Source: Spirochaetia bacterium (lineage in GTDB: Bacteria > Spirochaetota > Spirochaetia > CAKZLE01). From it: a stretch of DNA of 64,000 bases. The position numbers were made by a program, and so were the translations under genes. Position 1 is the stretch's first letter, and each line of letters opens with the position of its first letter. Shown one piece after another: positions 44,033 to 53,316 of the stretch. The stretch spans positions 1,600,001 to 1,664,000 of the forward strand of contig OY782041.1 in NCBI GenBank assembly GCA_963677595.1. The letters are read 5' to 3'. The notes beneath the pieces were generated by a model that saw nothing but the letters and a program-made list of their open reading frames with translations, was not told the DNA's origin and ran no database searches.

Positions 44033-44944
44033 ATGGGAACAGGTTCACTCCACCAGGCACAGGATGATTTCGCAAAGGCCAGGATCAAGGCACGATTCGA
44101 CATCTTCGTATCCGCACTGCAGATGAAACGTACCGACTTGCTCTCACTCTACGACGTGAAGGAACTGCTGAAGCCGAAGACCGAAACCTACATCGGGGTG
44201 AAGCCGATCGAGATCAAGAAGATCGTCGGCAGTGAGGGACGCTACCAGGATTTCAACCGGACCTTCCTCCCGAAGAAGGAGATGCTCAGGACCCGGTGGC
44301 AGAGTATCGATCGTGCCCATATGCAGTATGTCGACCTGCCGCCGATCAGCGTCTACAAGATCGGTGATTCCTACTTCGTCCGGGACGGGAACCACCGGGT
44401 CTCCGTGGCGAAGACGCGGGGGATCGAGTTCATCGATGCATCCATCGTGGAGCTGGGGTCGGAGATCACCCCGGAACCCGGGATGTCTATGTACAAGCTG
44501 AGGAAGATGGTCATCAACTATGAACGGAAACGGTTCCTTGAGGAGTATCCCCAGTTCCAGGAAGCTGAGATCGGGAAGATCCGGTTCAGTGCCCCAGGGC
44601 GCTATACCGAGATGCTCCACCATATAGAGGTCCATAAGTACTATATCAACGAGACCGGGGTCTGGGACATGGACTTCACAGCTTCCGCCTCCTCCTGGTA
44701 CGAGAATGTCTACCTGCCGATCATCCGGGAGATACGGTTGGAGAAGATCCTGACCAAGTTCCCCGGCAGGACCGAAGGCGACATGTACATGTGGATCATC
44801 CGCTATTGGGAGGAGCTCAGGAAGAAATACGGGGAGGAGATGACAGTCTCCCGTGCTGCCCGGGACCTGACGGAGAAGTATGGGAAGAGCTTCCTTGACA
44901 GGCTCCGGGAGCGGATCGCGTATATCTTCTCGAAGAAGGTCTGA
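44033..44944 (+). CDS. ParB/sulfiredoxin-like domain protein (DUF4032-associated type)
   Basis: IVGSEGRY.DF, LPPI.VY, YFVRDGNHRVSVA, FPGRTEGD.Y. Confidence 0.75.
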   Translation: MGTGSLHQAQDDFAKARIKARFDIFVSALQMKRTDLLSLYDVKELLKPKTETYIGVKPIEIKKIVGSEGRYQDFNRTFLPKKEMLRTRWQSIDRAHMQYVDLPPISVYKIGDSYFVRDGNHRVSVAKTRGIEFIDASIVELGSEITPEPGMSMYKLRKMVINYERKRFLEEYPQFQEAEIGKIRFSAPGRYTEMLHHIEVHKYYINETGVWDMDFTASASSWYENVYLPIIREIRLEKILTKFPGRTEGDMYMWIIRYWEELRKKYGEEMTVSRAARDLTEKYGKSFLDRLRERIAYIFSKKV

Positions 44945-44949
44945 GTCTA

Positions 44950-45540
44950 TTAGCCTATCACGTTATCGGCGAGCATCCCTGCATAGAAGTTCAGGACCTC
45001 TTCCAGTTTCGAGGACGGCCTGATGCTGCTGTCCTTCCCGGAACAGTGGAGGATGCCTGAGACAGGCTGCTTGTCGTCGATATGGTTCACCTGCCTCCCG
45101 AGCGGGATATGGATGAGCCCCATGTGCTGGGCATAATGGATCATGTTCTGCAGGCAGAGTGTCCCGCCTCCCTCGATCAGGGAGCAGCTGGTGAAACAGG
45201 CAAAGTATTTCCCTGAGAGCAGCCCGTCGTCGAAGTAGATCGATGAGAAGTCCATGAACTGCTTCATCTCAGCCGATACATTGGCGAAGTAGGTCGGGCT
45301 GCCAAGGACGATGAGGTCGCTCTTGAGCAGGGTCTCGGAATTGGCCACGGGAAGGCTCGAGATCTCCTCATAGTAGTCATTGGCACTCTCGAGCTGGTTG
45401 GCCCAGATATGGAGGTCGGGATCCTCGACCCGGTAGAGCCGGGCATCGAGGCCGGCTGCATCCAGGGCATCCCTGAAGGCTGCTGCGATGATGTAACAGT
45501 TCCCGCAGACACTGTGGAAGATAATTGAACAACGTTTCAT
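44950..45540 (-). CDS. WrbA-like flavodoxin / NAD(P)H-dependent oxidoreductase
   Basis: HSVCGNC, LGSPTYFANVSAEMKQFMD. Confidence 0.8.
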   Translation of the reverse strand: MKRCSIIFHSVCGNCYIIAAAFRDALDAAGLDARLYRVEDPDLHIWANQLESANDYYEEISSLPVANSETLLKSDLIVLGSPTYFANVSAEMKQFMDFSSIYFDDGLLSGKYFACFTSCSLIEGGGTLCLQNMIHYAQHMGLIHIPLGRQVNHIDDKQPVSGILHCSGKDSSIRPSSKLEEVLNFYAGMLADNVIG

Positions 45541-45815
45541 GGGGGGCTCCTTATGTTGGTAGTATACCATGATACCGGCAGAAACCGCGGTAATAAATAG
45601 GTGAAATACCCGTTCTTTTTTTACATATTATACTTAAACGTCAAGGAAACCGAAGAGGTTACAAAAAGGTTACGATTGTTAAAACTTTTCCTATGAAAAT
45701 CGAGAATATCATGTATAATGAATATGTTGCCAACGCGACAACATATCGCAACTTGCCGGATTTGCGATTTTTTGTACCTGTGGATCAATTAGAACATGGG
45801 ATGCAAAAGGGGGTT

Positions 45816-45855
45816 ACCGCTTCTCCTTCCATTTATGGGAGAGCGGTTTTTTTTT
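45816..45855 (+). terminator. Intrinsic terminator with no upstream plus-strand gene
   Basis: ACCGCTTCTCC...GGGAGAGCGGT then T9. Confidence 0.8.
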
Positions 45856-45910
45856 GCCCAAATGGTTTCGGCTTGCCCACAGCCCCTATGCCTTGTATAA
45901 TCCTACCAGC

Positions 45911-46516
45911 ATGGACTTCGAATACACGACGCTAGTGACATTCATCCTCATCACCACCTTCACCCCGGGGCCGAACAACATCAGCAGCGCCTCGATGGGG
46001 CTGAACTTCGGGTACCGCCGTACCTTCCCCTATCTGTTGGGGATCTATTCAGGTTTCGTCATCATCATGGGGCTGTGCGCCCTTGTCGCGGGCCTCCTCT
46101 CAGACACGATGCCCCGCATCCAGCGATACCTCGCCTGGGTCGGAGCGATCTACATCCTCTACCTTGCCTACCATACCTTCCGTGCCTCCTATAGGTTCAA
46201 GGAGGGGGAGCAGGCTATCCTGGGGTTCGGTCAAGGGGCCTTGCTGCAGCTCTTCAACCCGAAGGTGATCATCTACGGGCTGACCCTCTACACCGGGTTC
46301 CTCCACGATATCGTAGTAAGTCCCTACCAGAAGGTCGGAAGCGCCTTCCTCTTTGCCCTGATGAGCCTCATCTCCACCTCGACCTGGACGCTCTTCGGTT
46401 CCGGCATCAGGGAGCTCTTCCATCACGAGGGTGCCAGGCTGGTGGTAAACTCGGTCCTCTCCCTGCTGCTGGTCGCCACAGCCGTCCAGATCTCGGGGAT
46501 CATACCGGGGTTCTAG
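45911..46516 (+). CDS. LysE/EamB-like amino-acid exporter
   Basis: TPGPNN, Q.FNPK; 6 TM. Confidence 0.88.
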   Translation: MDFEYTTLVTFILITTFTPGPNNISSASMGLNFGYRRTFPYLLGIYSGFVIIMGLCALVAGLLSDTMPRIQRYLAWVGAIYILYLAYHTFRASYRFKEGEQAILGFGQGALLQLFNPKVIIYGLTLYTGFLHDIVVSPYQKVGSAFLFALMSLISTSTWTLFGSGIRELFHHEGARLVVNSVLSLLLVATAVQISGIIPGF

Positions 46517-46599
46517 GAGGACTCAGCTTTTAGCTCCGATCTCATGTCGTACCGTTTCAGACGTGGACCGATCTAAACTCAGAGTTTAGATTTGTCCAA

Positions 46600-46994
46600 T
46601 TTTGTCGCAGTATACGAATGATATTGATGAAGACATCAGTGTTGAGGGATTCTTACTTGGAGTTGGAGGCCAGCCACAAGGCAAAATTCAGATAGATTCA
46701 TAGCTCTCCAGCCACAGTCTGGGACTAAGTCTTTACACTGAATAAAAACTGGATTTTACATACACATAGATGTGCTCTCATCTGAATACGCGAAGAAGCA
46801 CTTTCATTACTCTGCGCACTATAGGGGGTTTTGGCAAATATTACTTTGCGTACTGTTGACTTTTTTCTGATCAGATCACGTCAGAGCCACAACCCGGTAG
46901 GGTCTTCCATCGACTCCTTGGAGTTTTACCGGAAGAGCTATAAGGAGGAAAAATTCATTTTTAGTTTATAGTTTTTGTCGAAGTATACGAATGA
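46600..46994. repeat. 22-bp direct repeats (46600-46621, 46973-46994) bracketing AT-richer DNA
   Basis: TTTTGTCG(C/A)AGTATACGAATGA. Confidence 0.8.
46620..46703 (+). pseudogene. C-terminal remnant of a DUF2442-like protein
   Basis: DIDEDISVEGFLLG...*, cut at the direct repeat; resembles DUF2442 (W)xDLDEDISVxGLL. Confidence 0.55.
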
Positions 46995-47062
46995 GAAGGC
47001 TGCCTTGATGGAAGAAGTCCCTGGTCATCTCATCTTGAGACGGGATGACCAGGTTGGATCAG

Positions 47063-47383
47063 CTATGGGCTGGGCATCTTGATCACGAGGATCCTCGCGA
47101 TCGATTCACTGTCCGCATTGGTCAGTGCATGGGGGATCTCTTTCGGGCTCTCGATCATCTGGTTGGGGGTGAATACCTTGCTCTCATCCCCGATGTCGAT
47201 CTGGATCGCACCTTCTAGGACATAGAAGACGACATTCACCGGGGTCTTGTGTGAAGGCAGGGTTGCCCCGGGCTTCAGGGTGATGTGGACAATCGTCCCT
47301 TCTTTTGCGACATAGATCCTCTCAGGGTTGACCTCTTTCTCCAGCTGGTCGGGTTCCTTGACTTCGATGGTCTTATATTCCAT
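47063..47383 (-). CDS. Cupin domain protein
   Basis: PSHKTP..FYVLEG, IPHAL.N. Confidence 0.85.
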   Translation of the reverse strand: MEYKTIEVKEPDQLEKEVNPERIYVAKEGTIVHITLKPGATLPSHKTPVNVVFYVLEGAIQIDIGDESKVFTPNQMIESPKEIPHALTNADSESIARILVIKMPSP

Positions 47384-47443
47384 GGTTGACTCCTCTCTTC
47401 TTGGTCTATAGGAGGAGTATACTCACGGGAGGGGGGAGAAATC

Positions 47444-47459
47444 TGTGACCTTGGTTACG
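47444..47459. promoter_or_regulatory. Crp/Fnr-type box upstream of cupin gene
   Basis: TGTGA-CCTTGG-TTACG; -10 TATACT (47416-47421, minus) puts centre at about -42.5. Confidence 0.6.
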
Positions 47460-48300
47460 CTTTCTTCTCTTTTTTCAGCTCGATCCTGTTATCGTACAGG
47501 GCGATCATCCGCTGGCGGTAGAGCGTTCCCACCGCAGCCTTGAACTGCTTCTTGCTCATGCCAAGCTCGGTCCTGATCGTCTCTGACGGGCTCTTGTCAT
47601 GGAGATAGAGGACCCCGCCGTTCTTCTCGAGCTTCGAGAGGATGATCTGCTGGTTCTCGTTGACAGCAGGACGGAAGCCGATCGGCTTGACGGTGCAGTC
47701 GAGCTTCCCGTCCTCGCGTATGTGCTTCACATAGCCGGTGACCCGCTCTCCCCGCTCCAGGGGGGTGACGAGGTCGCTGTTGAAGACGATGCCCCGGTAG
47801 GTGTCGTTCACGATGACGTTCGCGCCGAGCTTGGAGAGGCCGACTACCACCATCGATACCTCGCTCCCGGGCTCGAGGCCTTCGGGTTCGTAGGAGATGA
47901 AATCCTCGATGTAGGTGGTGCCGATCACGCCGGTCTTCTCGAAGTCCAGGACCAGGCGCACCAGGGCATAGTCCCCTGCCTCATAATCGCGCTTGAGGTT
48001 CTTGGTCGGGACGAAGAGGTCCTTCGAGATGCCCCAGTCGAGGAAGATGCCGAAGGATGTGACATCCTTCACGTTGAGTACCGCGCACTGGTCGACCAGC
48101 CCCTTCGGTTTCCGCATGGTCGCCTTCAGGCTCTCCTTCTGGTCGTTATAGATGAAGACGGTGACCTTCTCCCCGACCTTCACGATATCGGTGACCTCCC
48201 GCTTCGGGAGCAGTACCTGGCGGTTTCCCCCATCCAGCAGGAACCCCTGCCGGTTCTCACTCGTGACGGTCAATTGATTCATCTTCCCGATCTGCAGCAT
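47455..48300 (-). CDS. cvfB: CvfB/YitL S1 RNA-binding protein
   Basis: GIFLDWG..KDLFVP, REDGKLD, MSKKQFKAAVG.LY. Confidence 0.9.
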   Translation of the reverse strand: MLQIGKMNQLTVTSENRQGFLLDGGNRQVLLPKREVTDIVKVGEKVTVFIYNDQKESLKATMRKPKGLVDQCAVLNVKDVTSFGIFLDWGISKDLFVPTKNLKRDYEAGDYALVRLVLDFEKTGVIGTTYIEDFISYEPEGLEPGSEVSMVVVGLSKLGANVIVNDTYRGIVFNSDLVTPLERGERVTGYVKHIREDGKLDCTVKPIGFRPAVNENQQIILSKLEKNGGVLYLHDKSPSETIRTELGMSKKQFKAAVGTLYRQRMIALYDNRIELKKEKKA

Positions 48301-48431
48301 CTCAACTCCTTCTGTAGGCGGGTATCATCCCCGCCCCTGACCTGCATTATAGTTGCGGCATGGGCACATTGCAAGAAGCGATAGGAGGACAGCCGGCTAT
48401 ATGCTATCATATTATGCAGGGGAGGGCGCCG

Positions 48432-49106
48432 ATGACAGAGACCAAGCAGCTATTGAAGGAGCATATACTCTTTTCCGGGATACCTGATGAACTGGTGGAC
48501 CGGATCATCTCGAAGAGCAGGATTATCAAGAGAAAGAACGGTGAGACCCTCTACAGCCCCCACGACCAGTGCCGCTCCATGACCTTCCTCCTCACGGGGA
48601 GGCTCCGCATGGAGAAGCTGCTGCCCAACGGGAAGGTGGTCGTGCTGAACAACCTGGAACCGGGCGCCTGCCTCTCTGAGGCCTGCGCCTTCCTGGGGAA
48701 GCCCTACCCGGTATGGGTGGTGGCTGCCGGGGAGGTGACGGTCCTGAGCATCCCGATCGAGACGATCAGCGAGCTCTCCGGGAACAATCCCTTCTCTGCC
48801 GGGCTCTTCATGACCCTGTCCCAGAAGCTCTTCAGGCTGCAGGAGAAGCTCGAGCTGCTCTCGGTGAGTTCTGCCGAGCAGCGTGTCGCCCTCTATATCA
48901 TGAGGCTGGCCGGGGAAGACTATGAAGGGGAGTTCTCCCTGCCCGGGACGAAGACCGCCATCGCGGGGGAGATGGGATTGAGCCGGGAGACGGTCTCGAG
49001 GGTCTTCTCTGCCTTCCTCGACCGGGGTATCCTCACCGACATGGGTCGCGGGGCCTACCGGATCGAGGATATCGAGGAACTTTCCGATATCCTCGAAGAT
49101 ATGTGA
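48432..49106 (+). CDS. Crp/Fnr family transcriptional regulator (HcpR-like)
   Basis: cNMP-like beta-roll, HTH GLSRETVSR. Confidence 0.9.
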   Translation: MTETKQLLKEHILFSGIPDELVDRIISKSRIIKRKNGETLYSPHDQCRSMTFLLTGRLRMEKLLPNGKVVVLNNLEPGACLSEACAFLGKPYPVWVVAAGEVTVLSIPIETISELSGNNPFSAGLFMTLSQKLFRLQEKLELLSVSSAEQRVALYIMRLAGEDYEGEFSLPGTKTAIAGEMGLSRETVSRVFSAFLDRGILTDMGRGAYRIEDIEELSDILEDM

Positions 49107-49117
49107 CATCCATCACA
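49102..49117. promoter_or_regulatory. Perfect CRP-type box
   Basis: TGTGA-CATCCA-TCACA; -10 TATCGT at 49139 gives centre -41.5. Confidence 0.8.
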
Positions 49118-49172
49118 GAAGATCCTGCGTACATACGGTATCGTCCAGCAAGATCATCTTTCTGGAGGTACT

Positions 49173-49652
49173 ATGGTACAGACGATCATACTCTACGGCT
49201 CCGCACTGGTGCTGCTGGGGATCTCCCGCATACGGGATAAACAAAAGACACGAATGACCATCACGATGGGCAGGCAGATGGCCGCGGGCTCCCTGCCTGA
49301 CATCATCGGGATCATGGGCATCATCGCATGGCTCCTCGCAGTCATCCCGCCGCAGACCATCAAGAATGTCCTCGGCGGGGAGAGTGAACTGCTCAGCACC
49401 GTCTACGGGGCGCTGATCGGGACGGTCACGATCATCCCGGCCTTCATCGCCTTCCCCCTCGCCAAGCAGCTGCTTGCCCAGGGAGCCTTCCTCATCGCGA
49501 TCGCCGCGTTCATCACGACCCTCACCATGGTGGGGTTCGCGACCTTCCCGCTGGAGCGCAAGCAATTCGGCTTCAAGTTCGCCCTCCTGCGGAACCTCTA
49601 CAGCTTCCTGGCGGCGCTGGTGATAGCCTTCCTTATGGGGGTGATCCTATGA
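49173..49652 (+). CDS. Permease (DUF318/ArsP-like half) subunit
   Basis: GTVTIIPAFIAFPLA, E...FG.KFA..RN. Confidence 0.8.
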   Translation: MVQTIILYGSALVLLGISRIRDKQKTRMTITMGRQMAAGSLPDIIGIMGIIAWLLAVIPPQTIKNVLGGESELLSTVYGALIGTVTIIPAFIAFPLAKQLLAQGAFLIAIAAFITTLTMVGFATFPLERKQFGFKFALLRNLYSFLAALVIAFLMGVIL

Positions 49653-50338
49653 AGACAACCCTCAAACGTTATAAGTTCATCATTATCGCGATCGTTCTCT
49701 TCGCCGTCACCTTCGCCGTGAGGCAGGAGACCGCCCGGTACGGGATCTCGCTCTTCCTCGGCTTCCTGAAGGAGATGGTCCAAATCCTGCCGCCCATCAT
49801 GGTCCTGACAGCCCTGATCGGGGTGTGGGTCTCGCGTGAGACGATCATGAAGGGGTTCGGCCACGGCTCCGCCTGGAGGGGACGATTCCTCTCCCTCGCA
49901 TTGGGGACCTTCTCCGCAGGACCGATCTATGCCGCCTTCCCGGCAGCAGCCATGCTGCTCTCCAAGGGGGCGAGGGTCTCGAACGTGGTGATCATCATCA
50001 GCACCTGGGCGGTCGTGAAGCTCCCGATGCTCGTCACCGAGGCCTCGTTCCTCGGGATCCCCTTCGCGCTCACCCGCTACCTGCTGACCGTCCCCATGAT
50101 CCTGCTGCTCGGCTGGGTCATCGAGAAGCAGGTACACCCGGAAGACCTCCCGCTTGCCGATAAGCATGCGAAGATCGAGCAGGTCACCGCCAAGCTTCCC
50201 CAGCTCAACTGCCGGAAGTGCGGGCATGCGAGCTGCAGCGAGTTCGCCGAAGCCGTCGTGGACGGGTACAAACAGCTCTCCGATTGTGATATCATGACGC
50301 GGAGAGTGAAGAATGGGCAAGCAGCCAAGACGACATAA
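49649..50338 (+). CDS. Permease subunit with C-terminal 4Fe-4S (RnfB N-terminal-like FeS) domain
   Basis: GPIYAAFP..., then LPQLNCRKCGHASCSEFA...C. Confidence 0.8.
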   Translation: MKTTLKRYKFIIIAIVLFAVTFAVRQETARYGISLFLGFLKEMVQILPPIMVLTALIGVWVSRETIMKGFGHGSAWRGRFLSLALGTFSAGPIYAAFPAAAMLLSKGARVSNVVIIISTWAVVKLPMLVTEASFLGIPFALTRYLLTVPMILLLGWVIEKQVHPEDLPLADKHAKIEQVTAKLPQLNCRKCGHASCSEFAEAVVDGYKQLSDCDIMTRRVKNGQAAKTT

Positions 50339-50813
50339 TACCGCGAACACCCCCTGCCTGGTCAGATTGGAGGAGGAGGCTGTGACCTACAGCCTCCATC
50401 CCTATGACCATGAGAGCGACGGCGGGTCCTACGGGCTCGAGGCGGCAGCCAAGCTTGACGTCCTGGCCGACCAGATCTTCAAGACCCTGGTGATCAGCCT
50501 CGATACGGGGGAGCTTGCTGTCTGCATCATACCGGTCACGGTGCATCTCAACCTCAAGTCGGCCGCGAAGGCTTTCGGGGTGAAGAAGGCCAGCATGGCC
50601 GATAAAACACTCGTGTCGAATACCACCGGCTATGTCCTCGGCGGGGTGAGCCCGATCGGCCAGAAGAGGCCCCTTCCCACGGTCATTGATGAGTCCGCGA
50701 TCCTCTTCGAGACGATCCTCGTCAGCGCCGGCATGCGCGGCCTTGACGTGGAACTACCCGTCGATGAGCTCCAACGGCTCACGAAGGCCTCCTTCGAGGC
50801 AGTCTCGATGTAA
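50313..50813 (+). CDS. ybaK: Cys-tRNA(Pro) deacylase
   Basis: IFKTLV, TGYVLGGVSPIGQK, SAG.RG. Confidence 0.92.
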   Translation: MGKQPRRHNTANTPCLVRLEEEAVTYSLHPYDHESDGGSYGLEAAAKLDVLADQIFKTLVISLDTGELAVCIIPVTVHLNLKSAAKAFGVKKASMADKTLVSNTTGYVLGGVSPIGQKRPLPTVIDESAILFETILVSAGMRGLDVELPVDELQRLTKASFEAVSM

Positions 50814-50857
50814 CCATATCCTATGAGTGAGTGTTTCCCATCAGATGGAGGTGGTTG

Positions 50858-51742
50858 ATGGAGTATGAGGAACTGTTTACCAGCGTGAAGACGCTCATCA
50901 CGGAGGAGCACCTGAAGGAGTTGACCCTCCGTGTCATCTCAGCACACGAGAAGGGGACGATTCGGCGGTACATCCCGCTGCTGGACATCCTCCAACAGCC
51001 CCCCATGCAGGAAGTACCTGCGAAGGACTACACCGAAGAACCCCCGCGGCAGCTGTTCCTGCTGTTGCTGAAGAACCTGCACCCTGATAGGAGTTCCTAC
51101 CTCCTCTCCCATGCGGAAGCAGCCCGTGCGCAGGGCGATGGCGACAAGCTTCACCAGCTCCAGGAGGCTTTGAGTTTCACCCCCGGGACTGCAGGGATAC
51201 CGGTTACCGGGAGGGTGGTGGAGTCCTACGGCTATGACGACGAGGACTTCGACGCACAAGAGTATATGGGGGATGAGATCTGGTCCGAGGAGGAGCAGGT
51301 GGGTGACTTCCTCTCCGCCTGCAGTGCGGAGCTCACGGGGAATTCCGCCTATACCCTGAGACCGTTCGACCTCTCCCACCTCACCGGGGAGCTTGCCGTT
51401 CCGGGCTACGGGATCTCCGACCTCGACGGCCTTGCCTTCTGCGACGGCATCGAGGTGCTCGACCTCTCTGATAACCTCATCACCAACCTCTATGACCTCA
51501 AGGACCTCACCGGCCTGCTGGAGCTCGACCTGTCGCAGAACGAGATCGATGACCTCTCCGACCTCGCGGGGCTGGTGAACCTGCAGATACTCGATCTATC
51601 GTACAATGACATCGATGACCTCTCTGCCCTGCTGTCGCTGCCCGAGCTGCAGTACGTGAATATCAGCGGGAATCCCTGCATCGGGAACACCGAACAGCTC
51701 AACCGGCTGCTTGAGAGGGGCGTGATCATCATTGCATTTTGA
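50858..51742 (+). CDS. Leucine-rich repeat protein with N-terminal helical HPD segment
   Basis: LDLSxNxIxDL repeats; LLKNLHPDR; acidic linker; GGAGGT SD. Confidence 0.8.
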   Translation: MEYEELFTSVKTLITEEHLKELTLRVISAHEKGTIRRYIPLLDILQQPPMQEVPAKDYTEEPPRQLFLLLLKNLHPDRSSYLLSHAEAARAQGDGDKLHQLQEALSFTPGTAGIPVTGRVVESYGYDDEDFDAQEYMGDEIWSEEEQVGDFLSACSAELTGNSAYTLRPFDLSHLTGELAVPGYGISDLDGLAFCDGIEVLDLSDNLITNLYDLKDLTGLLELDLSQNEIDDLSDLAGLVNLQILDLSYNDIDDLSALLSLPELQYVNISGNPCIGNTEQLNRLLERGVIIIAF

Positions 51743-51801
51743 TTCTGGCGAATTATTTAGTATACTGATAGGAAAGAGACAACAGATACCAGGGGGAATA
51801 C

Positions 51802-52971
51802 ATGATAGATTTCACATTCAACAATACGACGAAGATCGTGTTCGGGAAAGATACTGAGCTGCAGGTCGGCGAACTTGCCGCACCATACGGGAAGAAGGTC
51901 CTGCTCCACTACGGCGGGGGAAGCATCAAGAAGACCGGTCTCTATGACCGGGTCGTCACCGCGTTGAAGGCCTCGGGTTTCGAGGTCTTCGAGCTCCCCG
52001 GGGTCAAGCCGAACCCGAGGCTCAGCCTGGTGCGGGAAGGCATCAGGATCTGCCGCGAGGAGGGGATAGACCTGATCCTTGCCGTCGGCGGCGGGAGCGT
52101 GATCGATTCCGCCAAGGGGATCGGCGTCGGGGTCCCCTATGACGGGGACGTATGGGACTTCTATGACGGGACTGGGTCCCCCGAGGCCTCATTGCCGGTC
52201 GCAACCATCCTGACTATCCCCGCCGCAGGGAGCGAGTCGAGTCACGGGAGTGTCGTGACCAACGAGGAGGGCTGGCTCAAGCGCCCCTGCAACTCCGAGA
52301 AGAACTACCCGGTCTTCTCGATCCTCAACCCGGAACTGGCGTTCACGCTGCCGCAGAACCAGATCGCCAACGGCACTGCCGACATCCTGGCGCATATGAT
52401 CGAGCGGTACTTCACCAACGTGAGACATGTGGACCTGACCGACCGGCTGCTCGAGGGGGCCATGCAGAACCTCATCCAGCACGCTCCCCGCGTCCTTGCC
52501 TCCCCGCAGGACTATGATGCCTGGGCGGAGGTGATGTGGACCGGGACGGTGGCACATAACAACTTCCTTGATACCGGCCGTATCGGTGACTGGGGCTCCC
52601 ATGATATCGAGCATGAGCTCAGCGGGATCTTCGACATCGCCCACGGTGCGGGGCTGGCCATCATCATCCCGGCATGGATGAAGTTCGTCTATACCCACGA
52701 CGTGAACCGGTTCGCCCAGTTCGCCGTCCGGGTCTTCTCGGTCCCCATGGACTTCCAGGAACCGGAGAAGACGGCGTTAGAGGGGATCGCCCGGCTCGAA
52801 CGCCACTTCAGGCGGATGGGCATGGCGACACGGCTCTCCGAGGTCGATATTACTCCGGCATCCTTCGAGGAGATGGCAGTGAAGGCGACTTCCGGCGACA
52901 CGCATACCCTCGGGAACTTCGTGAAGCTCGACAAGGCCGCGATCCTGGAGATCTTCAGGCTGGCGGAATAA
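51802..52971 (+). CDS. Iron-containing alcohol dehydrogenase (BdhA/YqhD-like)
   Basis: GGGSIKK, GGGSVIDSAK, D..AH..E, H.IEH, HGAG. Confidence 0.92.
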   Translation: MIDFTFNNTTKIVFGKDTELQVGELAAPYGKKVLLHYGGGSIKKTGLYDRVVTALKASGFEVFELPGVKPNPRLSLVREGIRICREEGIDLILAVGGGSVIDSAKGIGVGVPYDGDVWDFYDGTGSPEASLPVATILTIPAAGSESSHGSVVTNEEGWLKRPCNSEKNYPVFSILNPELAFTLPQNQIANGTADILAHMIERYFTNVRHVDLTDRLLEGAMQNLIQHAPRVLASPQDYDAWAEVMWTGTVAHNNFLDTGRIGDWGSHDIEHELSGIFDIAHGAGLAIIIPAWMKFVYTHDVNRFAQFAVRVFSVPMDFQEPEKTALEGIARLERHFRRMGMATRLSEVDITPASFEEMAVKATSGDTHTLGNFVKLDKAAILEIFRLAE

Positions 52972-53007
52972 TTTAAGAAAAATTTATCGAATTGGGGTTC
53001 GGACTGC

Positions 53008-53036
53008 TTTACACAACCTGAGGAGTATTGTAAGGT
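53008..53036 (+). promoter_or_regulatory. Candidate sigma70 promoter for hyd leader
   Basis: TTTACA-N17-TAAGGT. Confidence 0.55.
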
Positions 53037-53249
53037 ATGCCCATCAACAAGATATCCTGCGGTAAGGGAAGAACCTGAACTTGGGGAATCTGCTGATTCG
53101 AGACTAGAGATCAACTCCGGAATACCGGACTCAGCGTATGATCGGAAGGCGTCGTTCCTGTTTTACCTCCTTTTTAGGGATGGCGCTGACTGGTGGTATG
53201 GATTGGTGTGAGGAAGGTATTCGGTTTCTATAAGAATTCACAGATTCGG

Positions 53250-53284
53250 TGGCCGCACGTATTGCTCGTGCGGCCATTTTCTTT
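53250..53284 (+). terminator. Intrinsic terminator/attenuator ~35 nt before the hyd operon
   Basis: TGGCCGCACG-N7-CGTGCGGCCA then TTTTCTTT. Confidence 0.8.
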
Positions 53285-53316
53285 CCCTGATCCGTGAGGA
53301 TGACCAGGAGAGGAAG

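Noticed and set aside
53043-53284. T-box, cobalamin, SAM or c-di-AMP riboswitch
   Set aside because: GGTGGCCGC lacks the UGGNACC bulge; no B12-box, SAM-I or ydaO core recognisable by eye
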